A stretch of DNA of 42,047 nucleotides, from IMG/VR virus record IMGVR_UViG_3300045988_015706. One strand, given 5' to 3'. The DNA comes from a virus. Of this stretch, positions 33,663 through 40,637 are shown piece by piece (the first letter of the stretch is position 1; each line of letters opens with the position of its first letter). Under the pieces are notes generated by a model. It was not told the DNA's origin, did no database searches, and was given only the letters and a program-made list of their open reading frames with translations. A program made the position numbers and the translations under genes.

Positions 33663-33706
33663 GTAGCTAGCTTGCTAGCAGTAGCTAGCTTGCTAGCAGT
33701 AGCTAG
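33663..33706. repeat. 2.4 x 18-bp tandem repeat built from GCTAGC palindromes
   Basis: gtagctagcttgctagca occurs twice (33663-80, 33681-98), followed by a partial gtagctag. Confidence 0.9.
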
Positions 33707-33905
33707 ACACATCTAGCAGTAAGGGAACCCAAGGGGGAACTGGAAGTAATCACAAACTAGCAACAAGAGTACGTAGGAGAGCATCAACAGTAGTCACATC
33801 CCCGTTAAACAAAGACATTATAAAGAGGATGATGATAATGATGATTTTGATGGTGATGAATACTTTATTTTTAGTGTTATTGGTATTGTTCATTAAGGTC
33901 ACTCC

Positions 33906-33990
33906 CATAAGGGTCTATAGGCACCTAAGGATTCCCATAAGGGTCTATGGACTCTCATAAGGGTCTATAGATCCCCATAAGGGTCTATAG
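33906..33990. repeat. Four direct copies of cataagggtctat(a/g)g at 30/20/20-bp spacing
   Basis: Copies start at 33906, 33936, 33956 and 33976. The array is flanked by two cctaaggatt copies (33924, 33995). Confidence 0.9.
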
Positions 33991-34060
33991 GTACCCTAAG
34001 GATTTTCTTAAGACTCCATCATCACTGATACCTTTTACTTCTGATACTTTCATTTCTAAC

Positions 34061-34121
34061 AAAAAGGGGGAGCTAGAAAAGACCTATATGTATATCTATA
34101 TATGTCTTTCCTAGCCCCCCC
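34061..34121 (-). terminator. 18-bp RNA hairpin plus U5, starting exactly at +1 of the phiOR-like promoter (T7-type terminator-like, or a small RNA)
   Basis: The minus RNA reads GGGGGGGCUAGGAAAGAC-[20-nt AU loop]-GUCUUUUCUAGCUCCCCC-UUUUUG. It forms 16 Watson-Crick plus 2 G-U pairs. The two G-U positions would be A-C mismatches in a plus-strand RNA. Confidence 0.7.
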
Positions 34122-34141
34122 TAGGAGTATGGATTTTATTC
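34115..34141 (-). promoter_or_regulatory. Phage RNAP promoter downstream of the terminase gene (phiOR-like)
   Basis: GAATAAAATCCATACTCCTA|GGGGGGGCTAGG. Predicted +1 is 34121. It lies 83 nt after the terminase stop and points into the non-coding junction region. Confidence 0.8.
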
Positions 34142-34223
34142 TGAAATACCCTGTTTTCTCTATTACATTGTCTTTATTATTTACTGAACAAGTGTTCAAT
34201 ACTAATAAAGCATATTTCAGTTA

Positions 34224-35516
34224 TCATTTCTTGAACACGTAGCCTTTATCCTTATATCTGTCTACACCATTAGAGGTGTCCTTAGGGCTGTGTTTATCTT
34301 CAGTAACCAGCACACCCCCGATATTGGACGTATAGAATCCATATAGGGACTCCATAGACTCCTCTAGCCATTCTTCAGTTAATTCTTTAATACCTTCATC
34401 AGCATCTACGCCCATGAAGTCCACAAGGTATTTAACTCCGATTGCCAGAGCATCGAGACGGTCATCATGAATAAGGGCACCCCTATCAACAGTGATACGA
34501 GTGAGCTGATAGAAACAAGCATATTTGTAGTCAGATTCGGGTACAGTAGAGTAGTCATTCCTGATGCACTCAGGAGTGACACACATTTTATGGTTAGAGA
34601 TTACAGGTTCAAGAGTGTCGATGATTCGGAGTTCTTTTTGTCCCGTAGACTTGACTTCAGTAACCCCACAGTTACTATAGGTTTTCTTTAGTACAGGTTC
34701 AAAGAGTTTGATGTACATACCATCACCGAAGTTTCCTTCAATGACTACTTCATTGACTTTGTACTTCTTAGCCACCTTAGCTAGCTTATTGAGGACTACA
34801 TCAGAGTAGCCTCCCAATAGACCTCCTACTTCCATGACGTAGATATACCCATTTAGGTAGTAGAGAACAGCATAACCTGTTTCGTCTTTACCACGCCCTG
34901 AGGGGTCAACGCATAGGATCTTATGGGCATACGGGACTACTTCATTGGATGAGGCATGATAGTAGAAGTAAGAATCTCCCTTAAGGCCCATTGTAGGACA
35001 CTCATCAACTGGAACCCTCTTAGAAGGCTCAGGGAGCCACGTGAGCTTCATTGGAGCCTCGTCTAAGGGGAACATACCTACGATGAGGTCACGAAGCCGT
35101 AGAGGGTATTTATCGGCGTCTGAGAGGGCCGTATCAAGCATGAACTGCAGAGCGAAGCCTGCCTTACGATAAGATAGTTCACGCTTCTGTAGATCTTCTT
35201 CAGAGAACCTAAGGGGGTCTGTGGGCTTACCTGCCCAACGCTTAGGGTCCTTGTCGTACTTGTCAGCAATGATAGAGGCCAATCTATCGCCATAGGAGGC
35301 TCTATGAGAATCATCATAGGGGTACCTAGCGGGATAGATTACAGCCGTGTATCCGCGCTCCTGTAGCTCGTTATAGAGGCTCATTTCATTCTGGGGAGTG
35401 CCCAGATAGATGATCTTTTTACCTTCACCAGGCTTTAGGACAGCGTCGAACTCTTTGACAAGTTCAAATAGCTGGTCTCTAAGAACCTGAGTGAAGGAGT
35501 TAGATGGAACTTCCAC
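34224..35516 (-). CDS. Terminase large subunit (T7 gp19-like), exon 2 (nuclease/C-terminal part)
   Basis: It begins VEVPSNSFTQVLRDQLFELVKEFDAVLKPGEGKKIIYLGTPQNEMSLYNELQERGYTAVIYPARYP, colinear with recalled T7 gp19 ...VEIPSNS...LVQEFAALLKP...VIYLGTPQTEMTLYKELE. The track's M is really a GTG Val codon with no SD. Confidence 0.9.
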   Translation of the reverse strand: MEVPSNSFTQVLRDQLFELVKEFDAVLKPGEGKKIIYLGTPQNEMSLYNELQERGYTAVIYPARYPYDDSHRASYGDRLASIIADKYDKDPKRWAGKPTDPLRFSEEDLQKRELSYRKAGFALQFMLDTALSDADKYPLRLRDLIVGMFPLDEAPMKLTWLPEPSKRVPVDECPTMGLKGDSYFYYHASSNEVVPYAHKILCVDPSGRGKDETGYAVLYYLNGYIYVMEVGGLLGGYSDVVLNKLAKVAKKYKVNEVVIEGNFGDGMYIKLFEPVLKKTYSNCGVTEVKSTGQKELRIIDTLEPVISNHKMCVTPECIRNDYSTVPESDYKYACFYQLTRITVDRGALIHDDRLDALAIGVKYLVDFMGVDADEGIKELTEEWLEESMESLYGFYTSNIGGVLVTEDKHSPKDTSNGVDRYKDKGYVFKK

Positions 35517-36296
35517 CTTTATGTTAAGGTAAGGTCGTTAGTCTTACCCCATCGTCTTTTATTTGAGTCTACTGCGTTTTCAGTAGCAGTAACAAACTTA
35601 CAATGATCCCTAGAGTAGAGTCCACAGTTGCCCTTCTTGATGTCCTTATCAAGGTGCATGCTAGAGTCCTTTTCCCATTCTTCATAGCCTTCTACCTCGT
35701 GAATAGTATTCAAGAAGGTAGTAAAGTTATGCCACCTAGGATCTACCTTACAGCCTACATAGCTAGTTTTGTAGTTACCATAAGCTCTCTTAAGCATGTT
35801 AGCCCACAGGTCATAGATCTTGCGGATGATGCTATTAGAGCCTCTAGCAGGGATTCTAATAGGAGACCCAATGAACCCTACACCATAGACCGTAGGTTCC
35901 ATAAAGTCTTCAAACTTACCTGCCTTAATGTTGCAGGTCTGAACATCAATGACTGTACCTGTCTTGACAAACTGAATGACAGCCCTAGGATGCTTAACTT
36001 TACCATTAGGAAGTTTCTGCTTCTTAGTTCTAGACAGGATCTTAATAAGACCCTTAGGAGTTTCGTAAGTTTTGTTAATTTCGTACATAGTTATGTTCCT
36101 TATAATTGACGATGCTTCATATCTCTATGAAGACCAGACTATATCTTATACCAAAAGGTATCCCCATTTTTCGAGTCACTTGACCCTACATAATAGTCGT
36201 TACACCTGCTATAAAGCTCGGCTCGGTATTGTCTTTCCTAGTTAGGACTGAGTTCCACCGAATTTAAGGGGTTTAAAGACGACATGGTTAAAGTTT
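35517..36296 (-). mobile_element. Putative group I intron (780 nt) with an HNH homing-endonuclease ORF
   Basis: Exon 1 ends ..AGACGAU. The intron's 5'-CCAU-GUCGUCU-3' gives P1 (7 bp, U-G at the splice site) and an adjacent P10 (CCAU:GUGG of exon 2). The terminal intron nt is G, and an in-frame stop follows 2 codons into the intron. Confidence 0.7.
35519..36088 (-). CDS. HNH-family homing endonuclease (putative), intron-encoded
   Basis: 189 aa. VYGVGFIG...IYDLWANMLKRAYG...CKVDPRWHNFTTFL... and the C-terminal HLDKD..(9)..YSRDHCKFVTATENAVDSNKR resemble phage HNH/AP2-type homing nucleases. The stop codon is 2 nt from the 3' splice site. Confidence 0.6.
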   Translation of the reverse strand: MYEINKTYETPKGLIKILSRTKKQKLPNGKVKHPRAVIQFVKTGTVIDVQTCNIKAGKFEDFMEPTVYGVGFIGSPIRIPARGSNSIIRKIYDLWANMLKRAYGNYKTSYVGCKVDPRWHNFTTFLNTIHEVEGYEEWEKDSSMHLDKDIKKGNCGLYSRDHCKFVTATENAVDSNKRRWGKTNDLTLT

Positions 36297-36773
36297 ATCG
36301 TCTGCGACAATGATGTCTGCACGGGAACCCGTTAGCTGGCCCTTAATACCAACAGACTTAACTGAAGGTGAATGGTCTGGTAGGGCAGGGCCCACATCAA
36401 AAAGGTTCTGAGTATCTCTTTGACCTTCTCTAGCCTTTAGGTGGCTCAGAAAGGGCAATTCATTGATGATTTTCTTAATAAACGTAGCATTAGCGTCTGC
36501 TCGTTCTTTGTTAGCAGACACTACCATGATCTTAGTCTGTGGATCCCTCCAGAGACTCCAGACAACGTAAGCACACGTAATAAAGGATTTAGCTACACCA
36601 CGGAACCCCATAAGGATCATTCGGTCACTAGGGGGGTTCTGTAGTAGCTTAGCAATGTCTACCTGCAACGTGGTAGGAGAAGGCAACCCGATAGATTTCC
36701 AAACCAAAGAGGTAAATAGAGGGAAGTTCTCATAGTAGGGGAGTAGGGCTTTAGCTTCTTTCTCAGTTAACAC
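36297..36773 (-). CDS. Terminase large subunit (T7 gp19-like), exon 1 (ATPase Walker A/B)
   Basis: GTG start with a GGGGAGA SD. ...[62 protein letters not shown]...[28 protein letters not shown] is near-identical in pattern to recalled T7 gp19. Confidence 0.9.
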
Positions 36774-37017
36774 TCATGTCTCCCCTATAGTAATTCTCGA
36801 AGTTCTCCTTAGTAGCCTTCAGGAGCTTACTAAGCGCATTCTCTTCACCCTCCCCAGCCTTAGGGACACAGTCAATGCCATTACGTTCAAGTTCCTTAAT
36901 GATTGCATTATAGAGCTGTGGAGACCTCTTATCGGGGTTCCTGAGGTCATTAAGCATGTTCTGAAGCATCTCCTCATGGATGTTACCTAGGAGGCTCTCA
37001 AGTCCTTTATAGTTCAT
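36763..37017 (-). CDS. Terminase small subunit (T7 gp18-like)
   Basis: 84 aa from the ATG at 37017 (ATGA overlap with the holin stop). RSPQLYNAI matches recalled T7 gp18. Confidence 0.85.
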   Translation of the reverse strand: MNYKGLESLLGNIHEEMLQNMLNDLRNPDKRSPQLYNAIIKELERNGIDCVPKAGEGEENALSKLLKATKENFENYYRGDMSVN

Positions 37018-37226
37018 TGTTCTTTTCCTTTCTTTTCTAACCAAGGTTCTACCCAATGCTTTTTAATCATTGTGCAGATACCTACAAAAGTATAGATAAT
37101 TGTGATGACGTACACCCAATCGCTAAGAGGTAACCCGAGAATCACAGCACTGGATACTGCCAATGAAGGAGCTACCTGTGCTATGTTCTCTGCTAGGTTA
37201 CCAGATTCCTCATCAAGGGTACTCAT
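37014..37226 (-). CDS. Holin (T7 gp17.5-like, class II)
   Basis: 70 aa. ...ILGLPLSDWVYVITIIYTFVGIC... aligns with recalled T7 gp17.5 ...FFGLSLNEWFYVAAIAYTVVQIG... Confidence 0.8.
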   Translation of the reverse strand: MSTLDEESGNLAENIAQVAPSLAVSSAVILGLPLSDWVYVITIIYTFVGICTMIKKHWVEPWLEKKGKEQ

Positions 37227-37642
37227 TCCTCAAAGAACTGCTCAAAGTTAGCTTTCTTGAACCCAGTGCCCTTCAGGAGCTTACCATCTTCTCTGAATTG
37301 AGGATTGTAATTACCCTCACTGTCATAGAACTTACTGGAGTATTCCTTAAGCAGTTCATTCATACCTGCTTCAAGGTCATAGCCCCAAGCATTGGCATAC
37401 TGCACGCACACCCAGATAAGATCACACAGCTCCTTCATTTCGTTAGGGGTACCACTACGCTCCGCAAGAAATTCCTTGAACTCTTCAGCAATACACTTGC
37501 TATACAGGATTGTGCAATCCTTGTACAGTTGGGAGTCCTTCCCTTGGTCATTTCTACAGTGCGTCTTCAGAAACCAGTTCGAAAGTTCCTTCTGGAGATT
37601 TCCGATAAGCTCTTTGGGTTGATCTTCCATAGTATTCTTCAT
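37223..37642 (-). CDS. MazG-like nucleotide pyrophosphohydrolase (putative)
   Basis: 139 aa with an all-alpha pattern: ...CIAEEFKEFLAE...EMKELCDLIWVCVQYANAWGYDLEAGMNEL..., an EExxE...D-type MazG/HisE-like signature. The call is motif-level only. Confidence 0.55.
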   Translation of the reverse strand: MKNTMEDQPKELIGNLQKELSNWFLKTHCRNDQGKDSQLYKDCTILYSKCIAEEFKEFLAERSGTPNEMKELCDLIWVCVQYANAWGYDLEAGMNELLKEYSSKFYDSEGNYNPQFREDGKLLKGTGFKKANFEQFFEE

Positions 37643-37660
37643 TTTATTCTTTATCCTCTT

Positions 37661-39793
37661 TTACATACTCTTTCGTTCGTTAATCTCAGCCATCTTGGCA
37701 TCGTTCATTCGGGAGTTACCGTTGATGTTAGAGTATCCCAAATAACCACAGACACGGGAAATGACAGACAGGTTACTAGAGCCACAATAGGGGCACGTAT
37801 TACCCACATTAAAGCTGTGCTGATGACAGTCCTCACAGTAAGCCGCATCAAAGTTCACACCCTGATAGAACCCATGAGCCATACCTCGAAGGATCGTATT
37901 CATGAGAGCGAGTTTGTTCTCTGGGTTGTCGATACGGACATACTGGATGTGCCCACCCTCAATAAGATGGAAAAGCTCAAACTCAAGATCCTGCTTTTCA
38001 AAGGGAGTAATGTCGGCAGACACATGGATATGGAAGGAATTGGTGAAATAGGACTTGCCCTCAAATTCATCCTTAAGGTTATTCTTTGCACAATACTCAT
38101 GGTACTGAGTCATCTGAGTTCCGCAAAGGGACTCTGCAGGGGTACCATAGAGTGCATAGAGATATCCGTCTTCCTTCTTAAACTTCTGCACTTCATCATA
38201 GATGAACTTAACGACATCCTTAGCCGCCTTCTGTCCCTCAGGGGTCTGAAGATCCTTACCCCCAGTAAAGAGGATAGCAAACTCATTCAAGGCAGAGATA
38301 CCAAAAGATGCTGTCATATACTTGGTAAGCTCACCTACCTCATCTTCAGGCTTAAGAAAGCCCTTATAGAAACCTCCCTGACAGAATGCCATAGGATTCG
38401 TGCTAGCCTTAGCATGCTTAATCATATCGTAGCGACGTTTAAGGAATTCTCGAATCTGTTCAAGGTTCACCATAAGCTCTTCCCAGAAGTTACCCTTAGA
38501 TGCCTTATAGATCAACGGGAGGTTGAGAGACACGGCCCCAATGTTGCATCGCCCAACAGACACATACTCGTTAGTCTCAGGATCCTTCCAAGGAGTGAGG
38601 TATGCCCTGCAACCCATCGGATGGATAACACACTGCTTATTCGATGCTCTATAGGTTTCAGACACAGTGCCATTAGGAGCGTTAATAGCCAGAAAATCAG
38701 GGTACATACACTTACTGGAACATTCAACAGCCTTCTCGAACACGTTAGCGTGCTCATCACTGCCGTGTTGTTCCCAATCATAGAGATACACGAGCTTAGG
38801 GAACACAACCTGTTTACCCCCATGGCCTTTCATGCGGGTCTCAAGGATGGTCTCACAAATCACCTCAAGAAACTCCTTGTCATACTCAGGGAGATCATTG
38901 CTCCACTCACCAAACGTAAGCGTAGTGAATGCAAAGTCACCACGAGAACACGGAACAGTGTTTAGCTTCAGTTCAAGAGACTGGAAGCCCTGCCCCAACT
39001 CACGCTTGAGTTCTTGCATAGCCATTGCGCATGCTTCATCGAACTCCATATTGCACTGGTCAAAGTATTTCTTAAACGCATGGTCATACGTTTTCTTAGC
39101 ATACGGGAGGAGCGTCTTGTCAATCTGAGGGATAGTGAATCCACCAAACTGCTGTGCAGTAGCTACAAGGGTGATGTCACCGATCACCTGAAGGGCACTA
39201 AGGACACTCGTAGGCTCCGTATAGGTGACATTGGACATACTAAAGCCACCCTTCAGAACAGTAGCCATGTCAAAGAGACAGCAGTTGATGGATCCAAAGA
39301 TCATGTCTCGAAGGTCATGGATGTAATACTTACCAACCTTAGTAGCCTCTTTCTCTTCCTTAGTGAGGTAGAATTGCTTATACAGTTGCTTAGTCAGATA
39401 GCCCTTAATGAGGGAGCCTTTGGTAGACACAAGGGAACTATCGAAGTTGGCGTTTTCCTTGTCTCCCAAAAGGAGGACAGTGTCTGCCTCATTCTTAACA
39501 GCTTCGAAAGCCTTAGCGTAGGTGTTCTTATAGTCTCTAAACTCCTTATAAGATTCTCCGATCTTCGGTGCGTACTTACAAAGAGCTTCAATGACAATAG
39601 AGTGGAGCTTATCAGTAGGCACCTCAGCATAGTTGCTGTAGACAATGCTCTCGATATAGCCCCTAATCTTACCAATGTCATACTCAGAGTACGTAGCGTT
39701 AGCCCTCTGGGCGGCCTTATGAATAGCTACTTCAATCTTGTCCCAATCCCAGCCTTCGTGGGTACCATCTTTCTTAATTACTTCCAGTTCCAT
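37661..39793 (-). CDS. nrdD: Anaerobic (class III) ribonucleoside-triphosphate reductase
   Basis: 710 aa with an N-terminal ATP-cone-like segment, a C-terminal Zn-ribbon (CEDCHQHS...CPYCGS) and the glycyl-radical motif RVCGYLG. Confidence 0.92.
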   Translation of the reverse strand: MELEVIKKDGTHEGWDWDKIEVAIHKAAQRANATYSEYDIGKIRGYIESIVYSNYAEVPTDKLHSIVIEALCKYAPKIGESYKEFRDYKNTYAKAFEAVKNEADTVLLLGDKENANFDSSLVSTKGSLIKGYLTKQLYKQFYLTKEEKEATKVGKYYIHDLRDMIFGSINCCLFDMATVLKGGFSMSNVTYTEPTSVLSALQVIGDITLVATAQQFGGFTIPQIDKTLLPYAKKTYDHAFKKYFDQCNMEFDEACAMAMQELKRELGQGFQSLELKLNTVPCSRGDFAFTTLTFGEWSNDLPEYDKEFLEVICETILETRMKGHGGKQVVFPKLVYLYDWEQHGSDEHANVFEKAVECSSKCMYPDFLAINAPNGTVSETYRASNKQCVIHPMGCRAYLTPWKDPETNEYVSVGRCNIGAVSLNLPLIYKASKGNFWEELMVNLEQIREFLKRRYDMIKHAKASTNPMAFCQGGFYKGFLKPEDEVGELTKYMTASFGISALNEFAILFTGGKDLQTPEGQKAAKDVVKFIYDEVQKFKKEDGYLYALYGTPAESLCGTQMTQYHEYCAKNNLKDEFEGKSYFTNSFHIHVSADITPFEKQDLEFELFHLIEGGHIQYVRIDNPENKLALMNTILRGMAHGFYQGVNFDAAYCEDCHQHSFNVGNTCPYCGSSNLSVISRVCGYLGYSNINGNSRMNDAKMAEINERKSM

Positions 39794-39808
39794 AGTGTAT
39801 TTAGTTAT

Positions 39809-40051
39809 TTAATTAGTGTTGCTATTATCCGTGAACTGTGCATTAGCAAACTGCTTTATGGCAGTAACTTCCTCAGAAGTAAGTTCACTAGTAATATTAG
39901 CATAAATCTTCTTCGTTACGTTGTTGTCTTCGCTATACACGATGACATCAAAGGTAACCGTAGGAATGTCGGGTTTCGTTGTAAAGAATGCCTTACGGTT
40001 CTCATACTCACAGGCACCTACATTGCCATCCCAATAAACTTGTATATTCAT
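39809..40051 (-). CDS. Hypothetical protein (80 aa)
   Basis: ORF directly upstream of nrdD. I recognise no motif. Confidence 0.55.
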   Translation of the reverse strand: MNIQVYWDGNVGACEYENRKAFFTTKPDIPTVTFDVIVYSEDNNVTKKIYANITSELTSEEVTAIKQFANAQFTDNSNTN

Positions 40052-40074
40052 TTACTTAGTCTGTTATATAGGTT

Positions 40075-40121
40075 CAGTAGTCCTACGGCAATTACTGTGC
40101 GTAAGTCCTTTAGGACTACTG
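40075..40121 (-). promoter_or_regulatory. 11-bp inverted repeat (cagtagtccta / taggactactg) with a 25-nt loop; possible RNA processing or attenuation hairpin
   Basis: It lies between the 56-aa ORF stop (40133) and the 39809..40051 start. No U tract follows. Confidence 0.45.
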
Positions 40122-40132
40122 AGACACCCGAA

Positions 40133-40303
40133 TTACTTGCTCTTCTCAATGCTAATGAGGTAGTACAAAGCCTTTAGAGCATCCTTATAGGCTCGGATGT
40201 CTCCCTCAGTATGGTAAGACTCCTTGTTACGCTTCTCAATAGCTTCAAGAAGTTTATGCTTAGCCATCATAAAAACATTATCTTCCCATTTAGCGTCAAT
40301 CAT
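40133..40303 (-). CDS. Small hypothetical protein (56 aa)
   Basis: MIDAKWEDNVFMMAKHKLLEAIEKRNKESYHTEGDIRAYKDALKALYYLISIEKSK. Its ATG overlaps the upstream TGA (ATGATTGA). It is below the track cut-off. Confidence 0.4.
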   Translation of the reverse strand: MIDAKWEDNVFMMAKHKLLEAIEKRNKESYHTEGDIRAYKDALKALYYLISIEKSK

Positions 40304-40628
40304 CTTTGTATTTCTCCATAATATTAATTAGTGCTTCACCGTCGGATTTATCGAACTTGAATCCGAGGTATTCAACAGTTCCGCTCTTATCGAATGCGCT
40401 GTTGATGAATCCCTTAGCAACTTCGATATCTACCTTGTTGTTCTCATCGACGATACCTACCTGCTTCAGCATAGGCAGATACTTACCGATGAGGGTATCC
40501 GCCTGATGCAGAATCAAGAACGTACTCCCTCCAAGAAGCCACTTCATCGTGGAGGGAGCACTGGGCATCAGTCGAGTATCAACGAACTCAGGGAGTACCT
40601 GAGAGATTTTACTCAAACTGATTTTCAT
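40296..40628 (-). CDS. Hypothetical protein (110 aa)
   Basis: ORF 9 nt downstream of the 188-aa ORF. I recognise no motif. Confidence 0.6.
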   Translation of the reverse strand: MKISLSKISQVLPEFVDTRLMPSAPSTMKWLLGGSTFLILHQADTLIGKYLPMLKQVGIVDENNKVDIEVAKGFINSAFDKSGTVEYLGFKFDKSDGEALINIMEKYKDD

Positions 40629-40637
40629 AAGGAATTA

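Noticed and set aside
33829-33960. A plus-strand 43-codon hydrophobic ORF (MMIMMILMVMNTLFLVLLVLF...) with an adjacent AAGAGG
   Set aside because: It lies in the AT-rich/repeat region and its second half is simply the translation of the 15-bp repeats. It is ~350 nt from the plus-strand promoter with no supporting signal.
33906-33990. The four-copy repeat array as a CRISPR array
   Set aside because: The repeats are only ~15 bp with 5-15-bp 'spacers', and there are no cas genes. The array is consistent with phage junction repeats instead.
37163-38965. Very long plus-strand ORFs (600 aa here; also 13236..14261, 39014..40177, 25880..27124, 19156..20109, 20110..21213)
   Set aside because: Each lies antisense to a confidently identified minus-strand gene (nrdD, capsid, SSB, DNAP). 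Where I checked (nrdD and capsid), it is codon-aligned with that gene. They stay open because the sense genes avoid TTA, CTA and TCA codons. The translations are low-complexity (Leu/Ser/Arg-rich), lack SD sequences and show no recognisable motifs.
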